A stretch of 64,000 nt of DNA. It comes from Candidatus Aminicenantes bacterium (lineage in GTDB: Bacteria; Acidobacteriota; Aminicenantia; Aminicenantales; JAFGBC01). The position numbers and the translations under genes were made by a program. Positions 47,019 through 55,467 of the stretch are shown here, piece by piece. The notes under the pieces are model-generated. The model was not told the origin of the DNA and made no database searches. It was given only the letters and a program-made list of their open reading frames with translations. Positions within the stretch are counted from its first letter, which is position 1. The number at the start of each line of letters is the position of its first letter. The stretch lies in NCBI GenBank assembly GCA_963702005.1, contig OY969696.1, forward strand, positions 2,336,001 through 2,400,000, read 5' to 3'.

Positions 47019-48256
47019 GGTGCTTTCTCCAGGACCAGGGAACAGTTGTGGCCGCCGAACCCGAAGGAATTCGAAAGGGCCGCCTTCAGGTCCGGGGCCG
47101 GACGGGCCCGGTTGGGGACGTAGTCGAGATCGCAATCCGGGTCCGGCTCCCGATAGTTGATGGTCGGCGGAATGATCCCTTCGTGGAGGGCGAGGGCCGT
47201 GGCCGCGCACTCGATGGCGCCCGCCCCGCCGATCGTGTGTCCGATCATGGATTTCTGGGAGGAGACGGCCAGATGGGCGGCGTGGGCCCCGAAGACTTGC
47301 TTGATGGCGACCGTCTCGCTCAGGTCGTTGTGGCGGGTCGAGGTCCCGTGGGCGTTGATGTAGCCGACGGCTTGGGGCGGAAGGCTGGCGTCCTCGAGAG
47401 CCGAGGTCATGGCTCGGGCGATCTCCTTGCCGCTGGGCTCGGGCGCCACGATGTTGTAGGCTTCCGAAACGATACCGACGCCGGTCAGGACGGCATAGAT
47501 CCTCGCCTCCCGGCGGCGGGCCGCCTCCAGGGACTCGAGGACGAGGGCCGCCCCGCCGTTGGCCAGAACGAATCCGCCGCGCCGGTTGTCGAAGGGGCAG
47601 GACGCCTCTTCGGGCGCGCTGTTGTTTTCGGACAGGGCCAGGAGCTCGCTGAATCCTTGGATGCTCTGCCGGTTGAGCATCATGTCGGCGCCCAGGACGA
47701 CGGCCGCGTCGCCCCGTCCGGCCCGGATGAAGTCGATGCCGGCCGCGATGGCGAACGCGCCCGAAGCGCAGGCCGCGGCGACATTGTAGGTCGGTCCCTT
47801 GAGCCCGTACTTGATCGAGATCCAGGCCGAGATGGCGTTGACCATTTCCTTGACGATGAGATATTTGACGCCGTTCCCCTGGACCAGCTCTTGGCCTTCC
47901 TGGAGAAGGGACTGGCTGCAGCCTGAGATGACGGCGACGCGGTAGGGGTCGAACGGCGAGGCGAGGATGCGGCTGTCCTGGAGGGCTTCCTTGGCGCACA
48001 GGAAGCCGAGCCTGGCCGGAGGCAGGGTTTGGTTCCGAAGACGGCGGGGGAACTCGGCCTCTTCCAGCTTATAATAAGCGTCGGGGAGTTCCCCTCCGAT
48101 CCGGGTCGCCAGCCCTTCCGTGTCGAAGCGGGTGATCCTCCGGATCCCCGAGCGGGCTTCGCGCATCCCCTTCCAGGTCGAAGCGGCGTCGGGTCCGAGA
48201 GGCGTGATCATGCCGACGCCGGTAACGGCCACGGAAGGAATCCCGAGACGGGCCAT
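47015..48256 (-). CDS. fabF: Beta-ketoacyl-ACP synthase II (FabF-like)
   Basis: AACASG, NAHGTST, KSMIGH, SNSFGFGGHN (Cys-His-His triad). Confidence 0.88.
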   Translation of the reverse strand: MARLGIPSVAVTGVGMITPLGPDAASTWKGMREARSGIRRITRFDTEGLATRIGGELPDAYYKLEEAEFPRRLRNQTLPPARLGFLCAKEALQDSRILASPFDPYRVAVISGCSQSLLQEGQELVQGNGVKYLIVKEMVNAISAWISIKYGLKGPTYNVAAACASGAFAIAAGIDFIRAGRGDAAVVLGADMMLNRQSIQGFSELLALSENNSAPEEASCPFDNRRGGFVLANGGAALVLESLEAARRREARIYAVLTGVGIVSEAYNIVAPEPSGKEIARAMTSALEDASLPPQAVGYINAHGTSTRHNDLSETVAIKQVFGAHAAHLAVSSQKSMIGHTIGGAGAIECAATALALHEGIIPPTINYREPDPDCDLDYVPNRARPAPDLKAALSNSFGFGGHNCSLVLEKAP

Positions 48257-48567
48257 CAGGCGGTTCCTTCGATGATGCCTTCGCCCTTTTCCACAATATC
48301 GTAGACGGCTTGGGCCGTCTCGCTCACCGTCCGGATCGGGTGCTTTTGGAAGTATTTCCCGATGACCCGGATTTCGATCGTGACGCTGAACTTTTTCTTG
48401 AACTCCTCGATGAGCTCGAGGTAGATGATGGAGTCCCCGCCCAGGTCGTCGATGATTCTCGTCTGCGGCTCGATCTTGTCAAGGGGGATGCCCAGCTCAT
48501 CGGACAGGAACTGGCGGATGTGCTCGTAGATCTGCTTTTTTTCGTCTTCGCTGAGGACGCGGTTCAT
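48256..48567 (-). CDS. Acyl carrier protein
   Basis: DDLGGDSIIYLEL phosphopantetheine Ser motif; acidic, 103 aa. Confidence 0.85.
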   Translation of the reverse strand: MNRVLSEDEKKQIYEHIRQFLSDELGIPLDKIEPQTRIIDDLGGDSIIYLELIEEFKKKFSVTIEIRVIGKYFQKHPIRTVSETAQAVYDIVEKGEGIIEGTA

Positions 48568-49268
48568 GAATGACTCCTTTCAAACAACCAGGCGACGGCC
48601 AGAACCCAGCCGGGCCCGACGCGATAGCGACCGGACAGGACGCGGCCGTCTCCGCTTTCGATGCGGCAGAGCGTCCCTTCGACCCGACGGACCGCGCTGT
48701 TCAGGGCTCCTCCCAGGCCGGTCCCGAGCGCCTTGGACGCCGCTTCTTTGAGGGTCCAGAGGACGGCCCCTTGATCCGCGGCTTCAAGGTCCGGGTCCGC
48801 CTCGTCCTCGGGCCGGATGAAGGCCGAACACAGGCGGGCCCAACCGGCCGAACGCATCACCAGGTCGGCGCCGACTTGGACGCCCGAGGCGGGCATCCAG
48901 GCCGACAGGGCCAAGCGGCCCGCGTGGGATAGGGCGCAGTCGATTCGGGGCGCTCCGTCCCGCCGGGATCGAATCCTTAGCCGGGGCCGGCCTTGATCAT
49001 CCTTGCCGACCTCGCAGTCCTGCGGATTCCGGATGATCCGCTGCCTCAGGAGCGATTCTTTTAAGCAAACCCTGGCGGCCAGCCATTCCGTCTTCCTGCG
49101 CTCCGAGCCGAGACGGCCGCGCTCGGTCCTTTCGGCCGGCGTCAGATGGGTTTGTTCGCAATCCGAGAGTCCGGCCGCTTCATTCCATTCCAGGATGCCG
49201 ACGACGGTCTGATTTTCCAGCAGAGGCCAAGGCTGTGCGAAGTTAAAAATACGCGCCTTCGGGATCAT
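48564..49268 (-). CDS. Sfp-type 4'-phosphopantetheinyl transferase
   Basis: EWLAAR..K, GRP, SHAG, GADL, WTLKEAASKALGTGL; start uncertain. Confidence 0.8.
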   Translation of the reverse strand: MIPKARIFNFAQPWPLLENQTVVGILEWNEAAGLSDCEQTHLTPAERTERGRLGSERRKTEWLAARVCLKESLLRQRIIRNPQDCEVGKDDQGRPRLRIRSRRDGAPRIDCALSHAGRLALSAWMPASGVQVGADLVMRSAGWARLCSAFIRPEDEADPDLEAADQGAVLWTLKEAASKALGTGLGGALNSAVRRVEGTLCRIESGDGRVLSGRYRVGPGWVLAVAWLFERSHS

Positions 49269-49320
49269 CCTCAAAATCATATTAGCATACTTCGGGGGAA
49301 GGTCCAACCCGCCGAAAGAA

Positions 49321-50049
49321 TCAGGATTTATTCGGGGGCGGGAAAGGAAGCAGGCGGATGAAGCTGTCGATGGCGTCCCCGATCCCGGCGTCGGCCGCGA
49401 CCTCCGGGATGAGCCCCAAGAGCCTGATCGTCTCCCGAAGGAGCTCGGGGTCGACCATGAGCAGAGTGCGGGCAAACGCCTTGACCCGGTCCAGGAAAGC
49501 GTCTCGGGGAAGGATCCGGTTGACGAGGTTGAGACGGTACGCTTCTTCGGCCGTGATGAGGTCTCCCAGGGCGATGAGCTCAAGGGCCTTGGCGCGGCCA
49601 ACGAGGGCGGCCAGCCTGGAAATCCCTCCCAGCCCGGGGAGGAGGCCGCTGGTGAGCTCCGGAAGCCCCATCCGGACCTTCGCGGCGCAGAGACGAAACT
49701 GGCAGGCCAGGGCGATCTCGAGCCCCCCGCCGAAGCAATGTCCGTTGATGGCCGCGATCGTCGGTTTCGTCGAACGGGCCAGCCTGGCCAGGACCCGGTT
49801 GCCCGCCTCAATGTCCCGGCGTGCTTCCTCGGCGCCCGTCCAGGACCGAATGACCTCAAGGTCGAAACCGTAGGAGAAGACGGCGCCGGTTCCGGTCACG
49901 ACGGCGGCGTCCATGCTCGAGTCGAGAAGGTCGAGGGCCTCGTCGAATTCCTCGAGGAGCGATGGGGTCAGCCGGTTCTCGGGGGGCCGGTCGAGAGCGA
50001 GGATCAGAAGGCCGCGCTCGCGGGTCAGATGGAGGAAACGGGCCCTCAC
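49321..50049 (-). CDS. Enoyl-CoA hydratase/isomerase family protein
   Basis: FSYGFDL, AAINGHCFGGGLEIALAC, GLPE..GLLPG. Confidence 0.9.
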   Translation of the reverse strand: MRARFLHLTRERGLLILALDRPPENRLTPSLLEEFDEALDLLDSSMDAAVVTGTGAVFSYGFDLEVIRSWTGAEEARRDIEAGNRVLARLARSTKPTIAAINGHCFGGGLEIALACQFRLCAAKVRMGLPELTSGLLPGLGGISRLAALVGRAKALELIALGDLITAEEAYRLNLVNRILPRDAFLDRVKAFARTLLMVDPELLRETIRLLGLIPEVAADAGIGDAIDSFIRLLPFPPPNKS

Positions 50050-51197
50050 GCGGGGCCTCGCCGGGCCGGATCGCCGCCGGTTCTATTTTCGCCGGCGTAT
50101 TCCAGGACGAATCCTGCGTGCATCCATTTGGAGGATTCGCTGACGAGGCTCATGACGAGATCTCCGGGGCGCAGCGCGACCTCGCGCCTGAACTCGTCGA
50201 GGGCGATCAGGATGGCGGGCGGCCCCGGGTAGCCCTGATCGGCGAGCTTGGTGTAGAGGGCGACGTCTCGGAAACGGGCGTCTTTCTTGAGGCTATCGAC
50301 GAGGAGGTCGTTGAGGTGACGGGTCGGGATGTTGGCCAGGAAATAGCGGACCCGGGAGAGATCGACGCCGGTCCGGGCGATCATCGCGTCTTTGGCCTCC
50401 TTGAACAGCTGCGGCGAAATCTTGGCCACCGATTCGAAGTTCTGGTTGAGGTGGTGCCAGCCTTTTTCGTAAACCTCGAGGGGCTGACAGCGATGGCCTC
50501 CCATGACGCAGTACATATCCGGCCCCAGCCCGAGTCCCGACGATTCGACGAAGGTGTCCACGATTCTGAATCGATTCGGACCCTGCGGCCGCGACGTCAG
50601 GACGAGGGCCCCGGCCCCGTCGCTGAGAAACCAGCGGAGCAGGATCTGTTTTTTTTCGAGGACGGCCTGGTTGAAGAACTCGGCCCGGAGGAAGGCCGAG
50701 GAGACCTGGGAAGAGACGACGAGCGCGTTCCGGTAGCGCCCGATCCGCAGAAAGTCGGCCGCGACCTGGATGGCCTTGTAGATGGAGGTGCAGTTGGAAT
50801 GGATCGAAAACTCGGCGCAGCGCGGGATCTTGAGCTCTTCCTGAAGGAGGACGGTCGTGGGTGGGCAGGCGTATTCCATGGCGATGCCCGCGAAAAGGAT
50901 GAGGTCGATGTCCTCGGGCTTGAGCCCGGCTTCGTCCAGGGCCTTCCGGGCGCTCCGGACGGACATGGTTAGGTTGTCGTCGGTCGGCCGGCGGGTTATA
51001 GGGTCGAGAGCGTAATGATAAAAGCGGATGCCGAGGAGCTCCTTGAAGATGGGCCGGACCCGTTCAATCCAGGCGCGAAGCTTGGCCGGGGCCCGGTCGA
51101 GCGGGCCCAGAACACGATCAGCCTCATCGAATGGGACGGGCGCCCCGGGCAAGGCCGACCCGACCCCGCTGATATAGACGTCGTTGAGCTCGGCCAT
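50046..51197 (-). CDS. KS III (FabH/DarB-StlD-like) condensing enzyme, non-canonical
   Basis: VYISGVGSALPG, HSNCTS (Cys), LRWFLSDGAGA, ESSKW; His/Asn positions read NIPT and GYPG. Confidence 0.75.
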   Translation of the reverse strand: MAELNDVYISGVGSALPGAPVPFDEADRVLGPLDRAPAKLRAWIERVRPIFKELLGIRFYHYALDPITRRPTDDNLTMSVRSARKALDEAGLKPEDIDLILFAGIAMEYACPPTTVLLQEELKIPRCAEFSIHSNCTSIYKAIQVAADFLRIGRYRNALVVSSQVSSAFLRAEFFNQAVLEKKQILLRWFLSDGAGALVLTSRPQGPNRFRIVDTFVESSGLGLGPDMYCVMGGHRCQPLEVYEKGWHHLNQNFESVAKISPQLFKEAKDAMIARTGVDLSRVRYFLANIPTRHLNDLLVDSLKKDARFRDVALYTKLADQGYPGPPAILIALDEFRREVALRPGDLVMSLVSESSKWMHAGFVLEYAGENRTGGDPARRGPA

Positions 51198-51282
51198 CTT
51201 TGGACGATTATTATACATTGTTTTTCGACCGCCTCCCAGGGGCGTTTGGACAGAAAGCCGCCGCTATGCTATAAAATACGTC

Positions 51283-52494
51283 ATGAGAGCGAAGCCGCTC
51301 ATCGCCGTCCGGTCCTGGGGGTCCGTTTCCGCGCTCGGGACCGACCCGGCCCGGATCCTGGAAAGCTACAAAGACAAAAAGAGCCTGGCCGTCCTGCGGA
51401 CGTTCAACGGCCTCGCCCAGCCCGTCGTCCCCCTCGGACCGGACGGGGAGGCTCTTCTCAAGGACGTCGTCGGCCGCGTCCCCAAGACCAGAAGGTTCGA
51501 CCGCTGCGTGCTGATGGCCGTCGCCGCCTCCGAAAGCGCTTTCCGCGCCAGCGGCTGGGAGGCCGACAAGGACCGCCTCCAGATCGGCGTCAACATCGGT
51601 TCGTCGCGGGGCGCGACCGGTTTCTGGGAGAGAAGCTACGAGGAATTCCTCCGTTCGCCCGGAGAGCGGACGCCCATCCTGACCTCGCCGCTGACGACGT
51701 TGGGCCATCTTTCGAGCGCCGTGGCGAACGTCCTCGTCCTCGAAGGCCCCATCATCTCCTCCTCGATGACCTGCAGCACGGCCGCCCAGGCCGTTTTCAA
51801 CGCCATGGCTTGGCTCAAGGCCGGCATGGCCGATCGCTTTCTGGCCGGAGGCAGCGAAGCTCCCTTGACACCCTTCACGCTGGCCCATGTCGGAGCCCTG
51901 GGCATCTTATCGGACAAGGCGAGCGATCCCTACCCCTGCCGGCCCTTGGCCGCCGAACCGGATGACAACACGGTCATCGTGGGGGAAGGCGCCTGCGTTT
52001 TCGCCTTGGAGGCCTTGCCGCCCGGCCGGCTAGCGGCGGCTCGAGTCGCCGGGATTATCGAGTCCATCGGCTACGGATTCGAGAAGATCCCTTCTCCGGT
52101 CGGCCTGACCCCGGAGGGGGAGGCCCTCCGGAAAGCGATGGCCATGGCCCTCCACGGACAGATGACGAACCCTCCGGTCGACCTCGTCATCATGCACGCG
52201 CCAGGGACCCTCCAGGGCGATGAGGCCGAGCTCACCGCCCTCCGCCGCGTTTTCGGGGACTCCCTCCCCGACCTCTATTCCAACAAATGGAAGATCGGCC
52301 ATACCTTCGGGGCGTCGGCGGCCTTCAGCCTTGAGCTGGCCCTACTCGTCCTCCGTCATCAGCTCGTCCTCAGCTTTCCCTATCCAAGCCTAGTCCGGAA
52401 TAGGGGCGGAATCGTCCGAAAAGTCATGGTCAATTCGACCGGTTTCGGGGGGAACGCGGCCTCGTTGATTGTGTCCTCGTCCAGCCTGTTCTGA
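51283..52494 (+). CDS. Beta-ketoacyl synthase (FabB/FabF-like), divergent from the cluster
   Basis: GSSRGAT, SMTCST, MHAPGT, KWKIGHTFGAS, NSTGFGGN. Confidence 0.85.
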   Translation: MRAKPLIAVRSWGSVSALGTDPARILESYKDKKSLAVLRTFNGLAQPVVPLGPDGEALLKDVVGRVPKTRRFDRCVLMAVAASESAFRASGWEADKDRLQIGVNIGSSRGATGFWERSYEEFLRSPGERTPILTSPLTTLGHLSSAVANVLVLEGPIISSSMTCSTAAQAVFNAMAWLKAGMADRFLAGGSEAPLTPFTLAHVGALGILSDKASDPYPCRPLAAEPDDNTVIVGEGACVFALEALPPGRLAAARVAGIIESIGYGFEKIPSPVGLTPEGEALRKAMAMALHGQMTNPPVDLVIMHAPGTLQGDEAELTALRRVFGDSLPDLYSNKWKIGHTFGASAAFSLELALLVLRHQLVLSFPYPSLVRNRGGIVRKVMVNSTGFGGNAASLIVSSSSLF

Positions 52495-52594
52495 GGACGA
52501 AGGGAGGCGGGATGCTCGGTCACTTGAATTTTTCCCCGTTTTTTGGTATCTTATCGCATCGTCCCGGCAAACCCGACCAAGGAGACAGATCCCT

Positions 52595-52999
52595 TTGAGA
52601 AATTACGGCGACGTCGATAGCAAATTCCGTTTCGTCATCCTGGCCGCTAAGAGGGCCAAGCAACTCCTCAAGGGCGCCAAGCCCAAGGTCAAAACGCGAT
52701 CCCGCAATCCGATCCGGATCGCTCAGATGGAGCTCCAGGACGGCCTCATCGAATACAACATCGTCACGGACGTCAAGGAGGATGTTCCCGAGGTCGAGGA
52801 GCAGGTTTTTCTCGGAGATGACCTGGGAGGGGACATCGATACCGGCGACGTCGCGGCCGGACATGACGAGGACGAGGAGAAAGAGGCCGAACCGGAGCAC
52901 GGGGAAAAGGGCGAGGGAGAGGGCGAGGAAGAGGAGGGCGACGAGGAAGAGACCGGCGGCGAGGGCGGCGGGGGTGGCGGGGGGGGCGAGGAAGCTTAG
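52595..52999 (+). CDS. rpoZ: RNA polymerase omega subunit with long acidic tail
   Basis: DSKFRFVILAAKRAKQL...NPIRIAQMEL; TTG start after AAGGAG; upstream TTGAAT-17-TATCTT. Confidence 0.88.
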   Translation: MRNYGDVDSKFRFVILAAKRAKQLLKGAKPKVKTRSRNPIRIAQMELQDGLIEYNIVTDVKEDVPEVEEQVFLGDDLGGDIDTGDVAAGHDEDEEKEAEPEHGEKGEGEGEEEEGDEEETGGEGGGGGGGGEEA

Positions 53000-53514
53000 C
53001 CCCGTTCGGCGGCCCCTTCGGCCAGCAGTTCGATATAATCCGACTTGATAAAGGCTCCGGAGCCGTATCCCAAGGCCCGGGCCCACTTGACGATATCGCT
53101 CCGTTTCCCTTCCATCTCCATGAAATGCCCGATGGTAAGCTCGTCCAGGCAGATGGTGGCGTGGCCGAGCTTGTAGACGGTCCTGAACTTGTGATAGCGG
53201 ACGGCCGGCCGGAGGCCGAGGGATTTGAGGATCTTCAGGAGGGCGCCGGAGGACCGGACCTCGGTCTCGTGCTCCTCCCGGACCTTGAACCTCCGCGAGC
53301 GCTGGGGCTGACCTTTGAAGGTCAGGAAGCACTTCTTTCCGACGATCCTGACACGGAGCGCCTCATGCCGCCGGCGGAGCTCGCCGGACGGGAAATCATA
53401 GAGGGCGTTGTCTTCGCTGACGCGGGCTTTGACGAGAGTCGCGCCCAAGGCGCGGAGCTTTTCGGCCAGGGCGTCGACGCCGGGGATGCGGATTTTGACC
53501 TCGATTTCGGTCAC
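52996..53514 (-). CDS. CYTH domain protein (class IV adenylate cyclase-like)
   Basis: EIEVK, LRVR, LTFKG, REEHET, YHKFR, FMEMEG. Confidence 0.88.
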   Translation of the reverse strand: MTEIEVKIRIPGVDALAEKLRALGATLVKARVSEDNALYDFPSGELRRRHEALRVRIVGKKCFLTFKGQPQRSRRFKVREEHETEVRSSGALLKILKSLGLRPAVRYHKFRTVYKLGHATICLDELTIGHFMEMEGKRSDIVKWARALGYGSGAFIKSDYIELLAEGAAERG

Positions 53515-53530
53515 GGCCGTTCCCTTCGCC

Positions 53531-54562
53531 TCAATAGGTCCTGTCGAGGATGAACGCGGCCAGGCCCTGCAGACTTTCCTTGAAGACTGAGTCCGGGAAC
53601 CGATCCAAACAGGGGAGAGATTCCTTCATTCGCTGGGACGCCTTGCGGCGCGTTTCGTCCAGGGCGCCGTCGGATGTGACGAAGGCCAGGATTTCGTCTC
53701 GCGCCGACGCGGAGAACGTCCCGCTTCGAATGAGGGCGGCCATCCGTTCCCGCCGGGCCGGCTCGGCGCGGCGCAAGGCCGTGATCAGTGGGAGCGTGAT
53801 GCGGCCTTCGGCGAGGTCGCGGAGAATGGGCTTGCCAAGATCCTTGGCGTCGCCGACGAAATCGAGATAGTCGTCGACCATCTGGAAAGTGATTCCGAAT
53901 CCGGCGCCGAATTGGGCCAGGTCCTCGATCCGCTCCTGGGGTTGTCCTCCCAGGATTCCGCCGATCGCGCAGCCGGCCCTGAACAGGGCGGCTGTTTTCT
54001 TGGTGATGATCTCCAGGTAGTCCTCCTCGGAGGTGTCCGGGTCGTGGCTGAGCGCGCACTCCAGGAGGACTCCCTCGATCATCTCGGCCGAAGCCCGAGC
54101 CAGGCTCCTGACGATCCGTTCATCCTTGAAGTCAAGGGAGAGCTGGAGCGCCTTGATGTAGAGGTAATCGCCCAGCAGGACCGAAATCTGCGGTCCCCAG
54201 CGGAGATGCGATGTCGCTTGTCCTCTGCGGAGCGCGGCGTTGTCGATAATGTCGTCATGGATCAGGCTGGCCGTATGGATGGTCTCGACCAGGGCCGACA
54301 GGACGAAGTGGGTTTCGCCCTGGTAGCCGGCCATCCTGGAGCTGAGGATGAGAAGAGCCGGCCGGAGCCTCTTCCCCGAGTTGCGGAGGAGGTAGGAGGT
54401 CGCCTCCTGGATGAAGGGATGGGACGATTCGGACAGCAGCCCGATCTCGTCCTCGAGCCGTTCGAGATCCTCCCGGATGGGGGCGTAGATGGACTGGATA
54501 TCGGGGCCGGAAGAATCGGTGGCCGCGCAGGACGCGGGAGCGGGGATCGTGATATCGGGCAT
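53531..54562 (-). CDS. Polyprenyl diphosphate synthase
   Basis: GKRLRP, HDDIID..RRG, KKTA, FQMVDDYLD; alternative TTG start at 54601. Confidence 0.9.
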   Translation of the reverse strand: MPDITIPAPASCAATDSSGPDIQSIYAPIREDLERLEDEIGLLSESSHPFIQEATSYLLRNSGKRLRPALLILSSRMAGYQGETHFVLSALVETIHTASLIHDDIIDNAALRRGQATSHLRWGPQISVLLGDYLYIKALQLSLDFKDERIVRSLARASAEMIEGVLLECALSHDPDTSEEDYLEIITKKTAALFRAGCAIGGILGGQPQERIEDLAQFGAGFGITFQMVDDYLDFVGDAKDLGKPILRDLAEGRITLPLITALRRAEPARRERMAALIRSGTFSASARDEILAFVTSDGALDETRRKASQRMKESLPCLDRFPDSVFKESLQGLAAFILDRTY

Positions 54563-54597
54563 GGCGCGCCCTATATTAGCACCCGGGTCGGCATTTT

Positions 54598-55392
54598 TCA
54601 AACGGAAAAAAGGGCACTGAAGTTCTCGGTCGTGACGGCCGCGAGTTCCTCGTACGACTTGTTCGCGATTCCGGCCAGAACCCGGGCCGTCTCGACGACC
54701 CAGGCCGGTTCGTTCCGCCGGGCCTTTCCCCGGAAGGGGACGGGCGCGAGGTAGGGCGCATCGGTTTCAACGAGAAGCCGTCCGGCCGGAATCTTGCGGG
54801 CCGTATCTCTGAGGTCCGCCGCGCCGGGAAAGGTCAGAATCCCCGAAAACGAAATATAAAAGCCGGCATCCAGGGCTCGGCCGGCGATGTCCCAAGTTTC
54901 GCTGAAGCAGTGGAGAATCCCGCCCCGGTCGCAGCCGGCTTCGCGGACCGCCTCGAGGATCTTGGCGCCCGCCTCCCGGCTGTGGACGATGACGGGAAGA
55001 CCCAGGTCGCGGGCGATCTCGAGTTGAGCCCGGAAGGCCCGCCGCTGGTCTTCAGCGGGGGAGAAGTCATAATGAAAATCGAGGCCGATTTCTCCGACGG
55101 CGATGATTTTGCCTTGGGCGGCCAGGGAGCGGAGCCGGACCTCGCAGGCCGAGTCGAACAGCCGGGCTTGATGGGGATGGACGCCGGCGGCGGCGAAGAT
55201 CCGCGGATATTTTTGACACAGGCCGAGGACGGTCTCGACGCTTTGAGCGCCGCTGAGGTCGGCGGGACACAGGATGGCTTCCAGACCCGCTCCGAAGGCC
55301 CTAGCGACGACCTCCTCCCGGTCGGGATCGAACGCCTCCATGTCGAGGTGGGCGTGGGAGTCGACAAGTCCAGGGCGCTCAGGACCATTCAT
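54598..55392 (-). CDS. tatD: TatD family deoxyribonuclease
   Basis: DSHAHL, GVHPH, GEIGLD, HSRE, HCFS, ETDAPYLAP. Confidence 0.92.
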   Translation of the reverse strand: MNGPERPGLVDSHAHLDMEAFDPDREEVVARAFGAGLEAILCPADLSGAQSVETVLGLCQKYPRIFAAAGVHPHQARLFDSACEVRLRSLAAQGKIIAVGEIGLDFHYDFSPAEDQRRAFRAQLEIARDLGLPVIVHSREAGAKILEAVREAGCDRGGILHCFSETWDIAGRALDAGFYISFSGILTFPGAADLRDTARKIPAGRLLVETDAPYLAPVPFRGKARRNEPAWVVETARVLAGIANKSYEELAAVTTENFSALFSV

Positions 55393-55414
55393 AAGCGGCT
55401 AATCCTCCCCAAAT

Positions 55415-55451
55415 AAAACGGGGCCGACGTCCCGGACGGCAGCCCCGAAAA
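55415..55451 (-). terminator. Rho-independent terminator
   Basis: GC hairpin cggggctgccgtcc-g-ggacgtcggccccg followed by TTTT on the minus strand. Confidence 0.65.
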
Positions 55452-55467
55452 AGACTCGAGAGGGGCC

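Noticed and set aside
46401-47999. 532-aa and 431-aa fused ORFs (46401-47999, 48564-49859) as real fusions or frameshifts
   Set aside because: The upstream parts are off-frame overlaps of fabF and the enoyl-CoA hydratase; the real domains start at about 47018 and 49268
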